Assembly (NCBI GenBank): GCA_964199315.1 | Contig: OZ116700.1 | Coordinates: 5,952,001-6,016,000, forward strand | Reading direction: 5' to 3' | From: Orbicella franksi | Lineage: Eukaryota | Length of the DNA: 64,000 nucleotides | Shown here: positions 39,001-52,400 of the stretch, one piece after another | How the letters are laid out: every line of letters starts with the position of its first letter | Position numbering within the stretch: position 1 is the first letter of the stretch | Program-made: the position numbers and the translations under genes | Notes under the pieces: generated by a model | Databases searched by the model: none | What the model was told of the DNA's origin: nothing | What the model saw: the letters and a program-made list of their open reading frames with translations, nothing else

Positions 39001-42000
39001 GATCAAGGTCTAGGACAGAGAAAATACAAATTGTGATATAGTCGGCAAAACTGTTAAGTCCAAAAACAAAAAATGGTATACATTTTTATTATATGAATAA
39101 ATTCAATCATTGCTGCAGGTACACAAGATTCTGTGCAGTGCATTTATTGGTTGACAGCATATTACCTTTAGTTAACTCTAGTAAGAAGACACTGAAAACT
39201 ATTTTGAACTTTTAATTCATTCAAGAAATGAGTAGAAAATTCTCTCTGATTATTTTCTGCGAGTTATAGAAACTTTTTGCGTAAGTCTTGGAGAGCTCAA
39301 ACAAGCTGTGAAAACAGCTAACCAACTTCAGGCAAAATTTATGAGGAGCCCAAAGGTCCCTAACCATGCAATCCTGGTTGCCCAGCACTTAAGCTTATAT
39401 GAGAAAAGTAAGTTTTTCAGTTGCCAAAAGGCAAAAGTTAGTCACCTGTGGTACCTGGGTGCTTCTAGAGCATAGCCTTGAACTTCCTACTAACTTTCAG
39501 TTGATACCCTGGCCAATGGGTCGGTTAGGGCATCTGTCAAATTTTCTTGACCATGAATACCCTGTGAAATCCCTAGAACCTTACCTGTTTTGAGTGTGAT
39601 TCTGGGAAGCTCTAACCGTGACAAGTGAGCATGGATCAGAGCTCTTGCCTTGATGCTGTAAGGGTAGCACAGGGGCGGCTCTTTATTTTTATCTCCAAGG
39701 TTGGGCAGGTCACGCATCAACTGAAAACAACAAAAACATTAGCTACATGTATTTATTAGTTATTTATTTCATTTACTGTTACAGTCATACTGATTTCATT
39801 TAGCACTCAGACTGAGAGCACTACTTACTTTTGGTAGCCCAAGGGAGGGCACTTAGTGGAGGAGTGGGGTTGGGGGGTAGTACACTTATAGGGGTGGGGT
39901 ACTTAATTCTTTTTGAATGCATGTACATCTAAATTTGATAAACAATAATTAAAAGAAAAACAACAGGTAATTAAACGCAACAAATGTAACAGCAGGGATT
40001 CTGATAGTCATACTGTTTAAACTTACATTCAGATGAGAAAGAAGACTTCATAATATTCAATAGTCTAATCAGTGTACTATATTCTTTGGCACTGTCTTGA
40101 ATGTCACTCACCATGGGAGCTCTTATTGAACGGGGTACTTCTTGGAATAAGAGCACTTATTGAAAGAATTGACACTTGAGGGTGGGGGATGCACTTCCTA
40201 GAAGGAGGGCACTCAATTGAATCATGGTACAGCCAAAAATGCAGAACTTTGTATTTTGAGTGATCTAGAGAGCACACTTTAAGTGAGCAAAAGCCATCTT
40301 CAAAGGAACTACCTGGGGTGAGTGGAAAGAGGTGACCTTTAGAATAGCCCAGTCCTAGCCAAACTAGCGAGAAAAAAGTTTTTGTACTGGATTAAATCTC
40401 TAAATTCAATTACACCACAACTGCATAGGCAGGTCCTACCTCTGGTAATTCTATATTATCACTTGGTCTCTCCTGAATGTCATTATTGTGACCTTTTTCA
40501 AATTCCAAGGATCCAGCCAAAATCATTAACACACCTACAAAAAAGAAACTATTACTTAAAACATATACAGTGTTGGTTTTTATTATCCAACTACAGCAAA
40601 TACCATCCAAATAACAGTTCAAGTATACAGCGATATTGTGTAGTTATTTGTACAGTAGGAAACCTGTTTGCCATACAGGTTGGTGCGCACACGCAAAACT
40701 GTCACACTCTCCCTCTTTCGTTGATAAATTTATTGACTACACCAGTAGGATAATAAATCTCTCATTAGAAGTTTTGGTGTATAGTATCACTTTATATTTT
40801 TACTCGTTGTTTGTATTTTGACTCGCCCTACAGGCTCGTCAAAATACAGCACAATTCATAAAAATATACAGTGATACTACATGCCAAAACATCTAATAAG
40901 ATATATGTATTGTAATATTTACACAGTTATCTGTGACACAAATTACTCAGGGGTTTCATTAAGGGCCGGGCACCGGACAAATTGACCAGCTGAGAGGATG
41001 GTTTTGTCCAATTTTGACCATCTCGGGGAAATTTCTTCTTATAAAGAAATTCAGTTCAAAAGGTTTTGCCCTGTGAAACCAGTTGCCTTCCAGCTGAAAA
41101 TGTTATTGAAACCACTGATTACTGCTCTTTATATGCACGCATGCAGGTTTAATGTATGAACATTGGATTTTTAAACATGGTTGACTCTTCTTCGTTACAT
41201 ACGTTTAGTCTGCATGGTAGGTGTCTTGTGAAAGAAGTAGTAGTACAGTTGAGTAGTATCCAGTAGAATCTGTTCACAGCTGTACTGAATTGACTTGTAC
41301 CACCAGGTTCCCTGATGAAAAAGAAAAAAGAAAAAAGAAAAAGAAAATAACAGGAAAATGTATTTAACCTAAATTTAAGTCTTACTTAGTCTTGTTGGTT
41401 AAGCAGAATTATGGCAAATGTTATAAATACATCGCAGTATTTTTGCTTACCACTGCAATTGGGAGAATCACCATAAAAGCAAGTCCATAAGCTCCCAATA
41501 CCTAATGTAAAGAACGGAAAAGCAATAAGAAGGTGTTGGACTGAAGGTGAAAAAATAGACTATTTTTTAACACTTTCAAATTTTGAAAACCATTTATACA
41601 TGTACAGTTACTGCTAAGAAAAGAAAAAACAATAGGTTAGCTCATACACACTAATCAGGCATACGCGTATATACTGTATACGCGTATGTGCGTATATGCA
41701 TACGCGTATACGCATATTGGGCTGATGCGAATTACGCGCATATTTTGGTTCGGATATATCTGAGCTGCACTGTAGATGATGATTATAGAATGTAAGATAA
41801 ATGAAATCATAACATTTTTTTTTGTTTAACTAACCCACATGGAGTTTTCCTTGCTTACAAGCCAGGAGGGCAAAGCTATACCGAAGCTTGTTGCTGAAAG
41901 ACATGAGAAATGTGTTACAAATTAAAACAGTAAGTAACCTTTTCAGCAACAGTTTCAACTAGTCTCCTATTATACTTTAAATTTTCGATTAGCCTTCTCT

Positions 42001-45000
42001 CCCTCCACCACTGCTGGGAGTCAAGACAATAAATTATTTCAAGGTAACTAATATTTTACAGTGCGACTACTCTAACCAAGGCCACCCCGAAAAATTTTCT
42101 ACAAATTTAATGAATCAAAATCGTGGAGGTTACCAATAGTTTTCCAACAAATTATCCAAAATGACCACAAATCTGTTGCCTTTGTAATGTAGAGCTTGAT
42201 CACATGGATAATTTGTTGCAAAACTACTGTTATCCTCCAAGATTTTTATTAGTTTAATTTGTGGAAAATTTTGTTGGGTGGCCTTGGTTGGAGTAATAAC
42301 ACCGTAAAAATTATTCAATGACCAAATGAAATATTGGTTGCATTCAGTTGTTACCTTTTAGTGGCAATTACGTTTACAAAATATCTGATTGAAGATTACA
42401 AATAAGTGCCCCCTCCCTCACCCATCTGGCCTTCTTCTCACTTATAAGCCCCATCTCTATTCATCTTAAAAACAAATACCATAATGGGATTTGAGGTGGC
42501 TGGTAACAGTCCAATACTACCACTGTTTATCAAGTGATGCTCCAACATAGGTATCACATAAATGCCCAATTATTTGGAAACAAGTTGTGGTGTTACCAAA
42601 GCAACAATAAACCCTGTTTAAAACACCCTTAATTTAGCTTAAAGTGCCCATAATTCGAAAATGGCTCGGTGAAACCTTTTTTAATCTCTGAATTTTGATA
42701 AGCATGATAAGAGACACTGTTAAAAAATAAAATTTAAAAATTCTGTGGGTAGGGTTCAGAGCCACCTTAAAGTTTTGAACAGTTACGGTAGCTCTGGATC
42801 TTATCTACAGAATTTTTTTAAACTTTGCAAAAAGTGTATCTTATCATGCTTATCACAATTTGATAAATGATAAAAAAAAGGTTTCGCGGAGTCATTTTTG
42901 AATTATACACACTTAAAGCTAAAATTAAGGGTGTTTTTAACAGGCCATATTATTACTTTGGTAACCATTATACCATGAAGATGACTACAACTTGCTTAAC
43001 AATGATTGTGCATTTATGTGATACCAATATTGTAATATTCCTTGACAAAGGGAGCTGGTATTGACCAGTCAAAGTGCAACTGCTGGAAAGAATGAGAAAC
43101 TATTACCAGCCACCTTGAATTAGTTAACGGAATTCAAATTTAAATAAATTTCACACCTAAAAGTTAAGGTACATATTGTACAGGTGTAATACCCTATTCA
43201 ATATTCACATCAACTTTAATGAATAACATTTCGACTAATATTGCTGCAAGTTCATGTCAAAAGAGTCTAAGGATAACATAAGCTGGAGTTTTTTTTAATC
43301 TTTACATACCTCCCGGTCCGTCAGGATTACCATGCTCTTCCCAATTTTTTCTTGATTCCTCATTTGTTAGCCTGTTAAAGAAAACTAAAACTTCAACAAA
43401 CATTTCAGGAACAAAAAAAACAACAACAACAACAACTCTTGTGTATTGCCACTAAAGACCTTTTGTCATAAAGGTGAGATGGAGCAAAACATAGAAGAGT
43501 ACATTATTTAGATAGACCAATGTACTATTACAATATAGGCCACTGACTTCAATGATTGGTTTAAGTTCAATCTAAAGAAAGGAAGGACATATTTAAAGAA
43601 AACAGGAATGAAATATGCATTCTCTAATAACTTCTCCTAGCATAGAGACAGTGATTGAAGAAGACAGATTTTCTAAGAACTTACTAGTAATTTTAATCCC
43701 CTAAATATGCTGGTTCAAATCTATACATACCGGTAATTAAGTAATATGTCAAACAACCAGGACTAGGAAATTACGACACTCACGCTTCATAAGCCTTTGC
43801 TATTCTCATGAACTTCTGTGGGTCACCTGTGTCCTTATCAGGATGGTATTTCATACTTAGTCGCCGATACTGCCGTCTAATATCTGCTGTTGTTGCGCCC
43901 TAAAGGATTCAGATTTTAGTCTTGATATAGTCTTGATAAGTACCTTTGTATTTTACAGCTATACATAAATCTAAATAAAATGATAATGAGAGCAACTGAT
44001 GATAGAGTTCTCACAGCTACATTGTATCAGCTATGTTGTGTATTTTATTAAGAGAATGCAATGCTTACAATGTTATAATACGAAAAAAATCATTCATGTC
44101 TGGAGTGAAGACTGATTCTCTCCGAGTGTAGTGAACACAGAATGTTTTAGGGTAGTGGATGCAAGTTTTTGCTAAACCTTTATGCACACTCTCTGGGCAA
44201 GTGTCTTCACCTTTTCTGCGATTTGTTTTTGGAGGTCACTTTGATGGCAATGTCTCACATACCCTTAGAATAACATAAAGTAAACTGTTGTCAGACTTTC
44301 AGTGCAAAGAAGCCTCAGATCAAAGTAGTGAATCTAACTATGAATTTGAGGCTACATATATCTTTGAACCTTCTGGCCCTTTGTAGCACTGTCCATAACC
44401 AGAATAAACAAAAACTGTGACTGATGATTATTTTTTGGCAAGACATTGCAGCTCAGTGGTTAGCAAATTGGAATTCTAGACTTATCAAGTGGTCTAAGTT
44501 TGAAGACTAGGCAAGGTAGTGTCCTATAATTCAGGTTACCTCTCTCTAGTTAGGAGTGTAAGTCAGAGCATGAACAGTTACTCTTGCAATACTTGACAAA
44601 ATATGGAGGGAGATTACTGTAGCCTATGGAGGACAAGGCTCCTCTTGACTAGAAATTCAGGTTCAGTCAAAAAAGTTATTTATTATACTCTGAAATACCA
44701 AACAACACCACCCCCATCTTCTCCAGTCCCTAGAAGTACCAATTAACCATCCAGGGGGAAGAGGGGGGGTGGGGGAAGGGGGGAATAAAGAAAGCACACA
44801 AAGTGGGACTACCTCTAGTGGAATGAGAAACTTTGGCACCATTAGAGAGTGGAGAAGTCTGCCATGACTTACCCTATCTAACTCTAGCACAGCGTACGGA
44901 TCATACTCGGTGAAGTCTTTCTCAAACTGAGAGATCTTATAAGCTCCAACGAAAAACAAAACCCAAAGAACTGCTAAAACTGAAAGACTGAAAATGGCAA

Positions 45001-46048
45001 GTAAGAGTTAAAATTATATGAGCAGATTACGGGTGTACTCATTGAATAATAATTACAGAAATCTATTTCAGTTTAATGTGAACACTTTTGAGGTTCCAGT
45101 TATATTGAGGAGTAAACATGTTGCACAATATTTTTCCTAAAAATATTCCTGCTAAAAATTGGACAATCTCTCCGGTTTCCTAGCAAACATTTGCTGGTAT
45201 GAGAAAAACGTTTAATACAGTTGTCATTCCCGTAACTGCCTCCCTTCAGAGTGACTTTCCACTTGTTAGCCAAAACAGTTGTAGGTAAATATTATTTCTG
45301 CTAGTAAGTGTAAAGAATGTATTTTTAAGCTACATCATAACTTAACTTGGGCATGAAAATTATGTAAAGAAGTCAATATTAAATAACAAGCTTGAATTTA
45401 AAAGAAGTGAATATAAGGCTTCTGAAACTTGGATATGTACAAACTGAATTGAATCTTCTCAAATTTCATGGCGTCGTGTTTCTTTTTTTTTTTTTTTTGG
45501 TAAAATAGTGTAACAATAACAAAACAAAATTGATAAAACCGTTTCGCTTTCAAAACAGCAAAATTACTCCATTATTTCTCTGAGTCTTACAAAAAGATAA
45601 TCTCAGGACTAAAATACACGTCATTCCTAACGAGATCGAGCCGGCCATATGACTGGCAGATTGAATTGGACTTACCTCGCATAGCGGATACTTTTTGATT
45701 TCGGCTCTTTTTTTCGTAAAAGCTCTCGTTTTTCTACGCAGGGTGGACATCTACATATCTTAACGGCTCTTTTCTGATCATCTGAAATGTGAAGACAAGA
45801 ACCACGTCAAAACGTGGGGAAAAAAGCGTCAAAAAGGCACATCACTGGTAAACAGCTGAGTGAGAGAAAATACCGGAAGTTTACAGTTGCCGTGTGGTAA
45901 CTAGTAAGACATTTCTATACTTACCTGGTAATTTTGTGATCTTCCAGACATAATAGGTTACGGGTACGAGGACTATACCAAAGAATGATATAAGGAAATA
46001 ATAGAAAGTGGTGCCTTTTTCATCGTACTCGAATTGAGCGCCGGCCAT
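33005..46048 (-). CDS. SEC63: Translocation protein SEC63 homolog (DNAJC23), 800 aa
   Basis: 22 exons: 46048-45925, 45781-45676, 44987-44873, 43899-43784, 43371-43310, 41893-41835, 41501-41451, 41311-41203, 40534-40440, 39720-39585, 39009-38917, 38572-38427, 38054-38002, 37535-37441, 37133-37048, 36463-36386, 36183-36043, 35383-35139, 34730-34562, 34475-34377, 33899-33795, 33124-33005 (2403 bp total). MAGAQFEYDEKG start, J-domain KYHPDK, GNPDGP, ATSFGIALP, EKQEWWW, LRSDSY, acidic tail. Confidence 0.97.
35429..35502. mobile_element. 74-bp CAACCTCGTTCCCAG micro-MITE with perfect 9-bp TSD
   Basis: TIR CAACCTCGTTCCCAG / CTGGGAACGAGGTTG; TCAGATTTT at 35420-35428 and 35503-35511. Confidence 0.88.
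35640..35955. repeat. Interspersed repeat ending in a long hairpin (35847-35952)
   Basis: AAACAATTAGATTAT...CTATCGCGCGATAG / CTATCACGCGATAG...ATAATCTAATTGTTT imperfect palindrome. Confidence 0.6.
40948..41117. mobile_element. hAT-like MITE with 6-bp TSD (SEC63 intron 8)
   Basis: TIR CAGGGGTTTCATTAA vs reverse complement CAGTGGTTTCAATAA (13/15); ATTACT at 40942-40947 and 41118-41123. Confidence 0.75.
42500..43110. mobile_element. Large decayed palindromic element (SEC63 intron 5); a related half-copy at about 29950-30240
   Basis: Left arm AAAACACCCTTAATTT...TGATAAGCATGATAAGA mirrored by TCTTATCATGCTTATCA...AAATTAAGGGTGTTTT. Confidence 0.6.
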
Positions 46049-46448
46049 GTTGGTTTTAGAAGAAAGAAACCGTGGGTTGGCCAGCGGTTTTCATAGAAGT
46101 GCCAAGAGACTGGGACTGAATAAAGGGTTAAATTCATGCAGTGATCGTCTGGATTTTATCAAAATACAATGTACTCTGATGAACTGCGATGCGAAGAGAA
46201 TTTTTTCTTGTGTGAAGAGTTTCTTCATCTGTGGGATTGTCAAAGTCACTACTCTTAAATTTTGGTACCGCGGGAAACATATTATTTGGTCGATCGCGCG
46301 CAGAAAAGAAAAGGCGGGAAAATTTCACCGGCTGTCAAAGGTCACGCGTGCGGCCAGTGTAAGTAAAATCGACACAAGAACATGTAGTTTTATAGATTAG
46401 GTTTTTCTCTGTTTATTCTTGGAAGTGTAATAAGTATTTACAAATTTA
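46049..46448. promoter_or_regulatory. Bidirectional promoter region between SEC63 and MCMDC2
   Basis: 400 bp between divergent ATGs; CpG-containing and free of obvious repeats. Confidence 0.55.
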
Positions 46449-49400
46449 ATGGAGGCAAAGAGTATCCCAGAAGTAGCGTTCGAATGGCTGTGTGAATGTG
46501 GGGCCTTTGACCAGCTCAAGAAACAATGTGAATGCTACACAGCAGATTTTGCGGTATGTGTGTTTTCTTTCCATGATTTGACAGAAAATGTTTATTTGGT
46601 TGATGAGACACATTTTATCTCACTACACCGGCGTATAATATTCGATAGTTAATAGTTAACTGAGAAATTTTCTCATCGGTGAGAACATACGGGATCAGCT
46701 TCCAAAAAGCTTAACGACTTAACCTTACATGAAAATGAACATGCTTGTGGGTAAAACTCATTTTCACGTAAGCTTAATCTTACAATTAAAGCAGATAAAA
46801 GGTTTTCCACCAGGAATTGTTAAACAGGAACTCTAAATGGTCTATTCGAGCTGGCATCAAATGCACCTTTTACGGTAACTGCAGAAATTCTCCTGCACTC
46901 AGTGGCTAATTTTCATTGTCAATAGGCAGACACACACATGAATTTATAATTTACACTATGCGTCAATGAGCGAGAGTGGACAATTGGACAATTTGTTAAA
47001 TTGCAAAAAACGAATTGACGTCAGTTTTTCATGCATCTGTCCTGTTATTAACGATGAATTTTGTCATAACATTGTCAAAGAAGCAGACTTGACAGATAGT
47101 TCGTATTGTGTGATCATCCAGGTGAAGGTAGTTCTGAAAAGAACTGTTGTTGGTGACTGACGTTTCGACAACCTGAGCGGAAGTCATCTTCAGAGTGACT
47201 CTGAAGATGACTTCCGTTCAGGTTGTCAAAACGTCAGTCACCAACAATAGTTCTTTTCAGAACTACCCTCACCCGGACGATCACACAATATGAACTACTG
47301 ATACTCCTGGGTTCAAACCATTTACTATGAGACTTGACAATGTTATGATGAAATTCATTATCAGTAACAGGACAGATGCTTCTCAAACTCATTAATAATT
47401 CATAAGGTCAACTACCAACCACAAGATGTATACCACATCACGTGCATGTGTTTGGATACCCAATGAAAAACAGTATACCACTCTCCAGTGAGAGTGGTAT
47501 ATACCACTAAAATATGCACAATGACAACTTGCACAAAATCAATGAATATTTATTACTCAGAAGTAAGCTTTTACAATGTGTCTCCTTTTGTTTTCAAAGT
47601 CACACCCATTCGCGTTGCTTCTTTCATTTCTGCATCCAAAACACGCCGAAATGTCACAAACCTAAGAAAGCGAAAGAAAAAAAGTAGTATTAAAAACAAT
47701 GCACACAAGTAGTTTACGCGAACCAAATTTTATCCCAAAAAATGTAACTTACCTTTGGTCGGACATGTCCAAAGGGTTCAATGCAGCACTTCCATTTACA
47801 TCAGAAAGGTGGCACTTCAGTCTGCAAATAATCGAGTACAACTAACGGGAAGGATAACGTTCCCCAGAGGAATTGTTTACTTCTTGAATGAACTTCGACA
47901 GCCAGTAGTTGAGACTGCATGCAGGCATATCTGTAATGGCCGTTTCCAAAGTTTGCACTCTTTCTTTAAAGTCTTTCCTGGTAAAAAGACCGCCGGGTTC
48001 CAAAGTACAGGACTTCACTAATCGATGCGGTTTCCATTCCTTGAAAACCTTACACGACCATTTGGCTTTATAAGCTGTTGATTTCGGTACTGCATTATCA
48101 ACACTTTTCCTCTCATCCTCCACACTTTTCGGCTACCAAAATCTCTCGAACGACTTTCTTGCGATATATATCCTGACTAAACGACAACTTGTAAATGCTG
48201 GCAACCCCAGCAACTTTCACATCTCAATACATTAAATCGCACCATAAATGCAAATTAATTACGCCGGTAAAAAATATCATTGATATTGAAATTATCGAGG
48301 AAGGAATGTTAGACAGCAAACAATTCTAATTGGAAGTCTTTGTTTATCATTTCTTCAAGAGTGATCATGAGAAGTTATTTCCAAAACTCGTGCTTCGTGT
48401 TTCATCGGGGTATCCAAACACCTCGAAACAATAAAAGCACTTGGCCTACGGCCTCGTGCTTTCATTTGTTTCTCGGTGTTTGGATACCCCAATGAAACAC
48501 TCGCTCTCGTTTTGGAAATAGTACATGAAAAACTGACGTCAACTTGTTAAATTGTTCTAAGTATGCTGCATACACAAATTATACCTGGTGTGTTATTCTT
48601 AATTTATTACCAGTCCTTTAAGGGCACATCCTTGCTAAGGGCCCATTGAAGCCCAAAGAACAACCATCTGGGTAAATTTCAGAACATGGGAGAAAAGGGT
48701 CTTTGTCTAGTACTTACTTGCTTTACACCATGTAGATCATTGTTGTACCCTGGCACTGCACAGTGATTCAATTCTCAACTCCCATTTTCTGAAATTGTGT
48801 GGTTCCAGAAAATATCCATGCCCACTACCAGGAGGGTTAATGGAAATTCCTAAGGGGGAATTTTTAAAGGGAAGTATCAACCAAAACTGGACTTTCCTGA
48901 CTGGGAGATTCAAACTGAAAAAAAACCTTCTTTGAGAGGGGTAAGGATATTTTCTGGACCAACATATTTTGGTCTGTTATGAGAATGACTCCACAAAGGA
49001 TTGGGGTGTACTCAGTAAAACCATCAAGTTGTTGTGTTTACAGCATTAGCAAAATGGCTGTGAAATCTGCCACTCACAATCAAAAGTGTGTTCAGGTGTC
49101 CCCTCATTCCCCCACCCAATCCAAAACTTGCTGCACAGGACCTGATTGCTCAAGCTCTCTGTGGAAGTTCTTAGCCATTTTTTTCTGAGAGTGAATGTTT
49201 TCTGATTTTCTCATTTTATGCAGGAAAAGACTGTTTATAGATTTGTTTTTGGAATGGACTTGATGCATTTGCTGGATTTTAATGGTATGGCTCATAAAGC
49301 AAGTTTAACCCCTTCAATGCCCAGTTCAAAATTTACTGTGCTTGTTCAGCTCCTCCAGTTTTTGCTAAACTAGCTACCGCATTATTTGGTCTTGTAGCTA

Positions 49401-52400
49401 CACTTGGGAATCTGGTTTTAACTGAGCCTTTGAATGCCATTAATGTGTTTCAAGAGGTAAGATGGCTGATTTGTTTGGTAGATCAATGACATAAAACTGT
49501 TACCTATTATTTATAGTTGTAAAGAAAGAGGGACTCTGTTTCACCACTTTAATATTATTATAGACCAGGCTTAAAAGTTAGATCCAGAAAAAGAGTGAGT
49601 ACATCAAGATCGGTAACTAACAATTACTGGAGAATAACTGGTTTACTCTCTAGCTCTAAACTCTTGGTAAAAAACATTCAAACCGTCCTTGTGAAATTCT
49701 CACTGTAAGTATCAATAGTGCATGAAAATTGCTATTCTAAATCCTGGGGAAAGGACTCCCATATAAAAAGAACGGTGATGCTCGTCAGTAATTTTGAAAA
49801 GAATCCCTAAGAGGTACCAAGATGCTGTTCTGTGGGCGTGGCTTGAAATGTTTTTCACCCCTAAGAGGTACCAATTCTATAACAAAACATTATGTCCTGC
49901 CATATTTTTAGGGGCCAATACCCCCAAAAGATGCAGCAGAAGCTCCTGCTGTGGACCTTTTGGAACATAACTGCTTTCTTTTCTTTTTCTAGGTGTGTTT
50001 TGTTATTATTCACACCTTATCATGGATACCTGATTTGTTGTTCCCATCACAAGTTCTTGCTGTGGTCAGGTTTTTGTCAGTTTCACCACGTCAGGAGTAA
50101 GGTTTTGTTTAAAAAGTGGTTTAAGTGCCAGTATGTACTTAAAATACATAGGACAAGCGAATGGGCTGATGAAAAGGTCAATGGACTCTGTTTAGATCAA
50201 GCAATTTGGGTTGAAGGACTGGTTGGAGTTATTGCATTGTGTTCTTGTGCAACACACTTAACTTCCTTTGTCATCATCCAAAATCCAAAACCTGGGTCTT
50301 CTGGTAATTTTTAATCTGTTATGTGCAGCTGTTACAGAATTATACAACAAAAAGATATCAACAGCGGCTATCTTATAAAACAATGAAAAAGTATTAAAGC
50401 TAGTTTTGACATTTTTAAATGGCAGGTGTGTAACCAGTAAGAACCTTGCTAAATATGGTAGATCTAATCTTGTAAAGATTGTTGGCGTTGTGACTGGAAG
50501 AACAGCTGTCACCCAGTACACGTGAGTATCAACAGCCTATGGATGTATTAAGTGTCTTCCTCTGATCCTTTAGGACTGTTATTTTCTTAGTATAGTATAG
50601 TGTAGCATGGCATGATATGACATTGGTAGTTAGTTTTAACAACTTCTTCAACTTTTTGTCGTAGCCAAAGTGCAAGATTCTATTGTCCTCAATCTGAGTG
50701 CTTTGGTTCTGCTAAATATTGTTATATCAGAGTACACTTGGCTGGAAAAACTGAGAATGTTACAATTAGGTAAGTTGTATACTTGAGACCCAAAGAAAAA
50801 CTCTTGTTGAATTCTTCCATCGGCACTGTGGTTATATATGTACAATAGGTACTTTTAAAAAAGCTGAAATGCTGAAGATGCTTGATTTGTTTACTTACAG
50901 CTATTCTAGATCAGTTTTTATTACAACATTTTGTTACTCACTCTTGCATTTGTTATCTAGAAGTGATTTTGTGTGCAAATATTGTGGATCCTCTCTTATT
51001 GAAGATGTCACATGCCGTACTTTAGCAGGTAATTGCCAAATTATATTGTTGCTGTAACCTTAAAAAATTTGTTGTGTACTAAGTGCTTGGATATTGAAAG
51101 TATTTTATGTTTAGTTTCTTATTTTATATATATTGATTTGTAAATTGATTTTATATTTGCCAGATATTTTATCTTCTTTACTGATATGTTTATTTTAGAT
51201 TGCCACTGTGTGCCTCAGCGTGAGATTTTGACCATGTATTGATTATAAACAGTCACTGTCTTTTTTCTCAGATAAGTGTATTGTGCAAGTACTATCTCCC
51301 TTAACAGTACACAAGAATCTATGGATCAACACTGATGAAGGAAAATTCTACCAAGCTATTCCAATTTATGTCAGAGGTAAAAGATAACAGCCACTACTCA
51401 GTCATTAATGTAGGGACAGGGAGCTCTACCTAAAAAGAACCTAAAAGAAACTCTGTGCTTATTTCTGTCTAAGAGTCTAAAATGATTTAGTCCACACAGT
51501 CTCACAGTCTTTGTGTAACTACTAGGTTGTTAGTGATCTTGGCATCTTGTTGAGTCTCAGATTTACTCATTCATCATCCCTCAATTTGTACATGCAGTTT
51601 TATCAGAATATTGTATGTGTACAAGAGCAGCTTTTTTTCTTTGATTTATATACCTTTTTATCAGCTAATTTCTTTATTGTCTCATGTTGTCTTTTGAAAA
51701 TTATTTCCTTGGATAGATGAGCTTATCAAGGAAGTTCAGATTGGTTGCTACTTTTCATTTGTTGTTTTACCTTCCTGTGAAATCCATGATTCATCTGTCC
51801 ACTTCCTTTGTACTCCAGTGTTTGAGGTAACATGCTGTCTTGTTATCAGTGAAATTATGTCTAAATAATAGAATTATTTAATGATGAACATCTGGAGAAT
51901 GTGTGAAACTGTAGCTCTATATCTCATCTTAAACTTGGATTAGTTCAGTTATGACCAGAACTGGACTGTAACTTTGACATGAATTCATATGACTGCGAGA
52001 TAAAGCATCTTGTCCTGTTTAAAAAATTCTACATTTTGGCTGTGGAAATGGCATGTTTCACCATAATTTATTTATTTGTTGTTAGGTCCTTTGGACATTT
52101 ATATTCAAATAAGTGTTATTGTAGCAACTAATTTAGGGATATTGATAATTTTTTACAGGCAAATAACATAGAGAAGGTAAGACTTTTCTGGTCATTTATG
52201 GCATTCTGTCTTGATATTTGCCAATAGTGCCACGTCTGCATGTTTTCAATAACTTAAGATTAGAACGAGTGGCTAGATTTATTGATCTGATGATTACAGA
52301 ATATAAAGATGTGGTTGTTTAGTATCAATGAAAATTGTGAGGAAATAAAGTATGTGTTGTTGATAGCAATACAGTGCTATGTGTTGATTGTTTTGCAACA

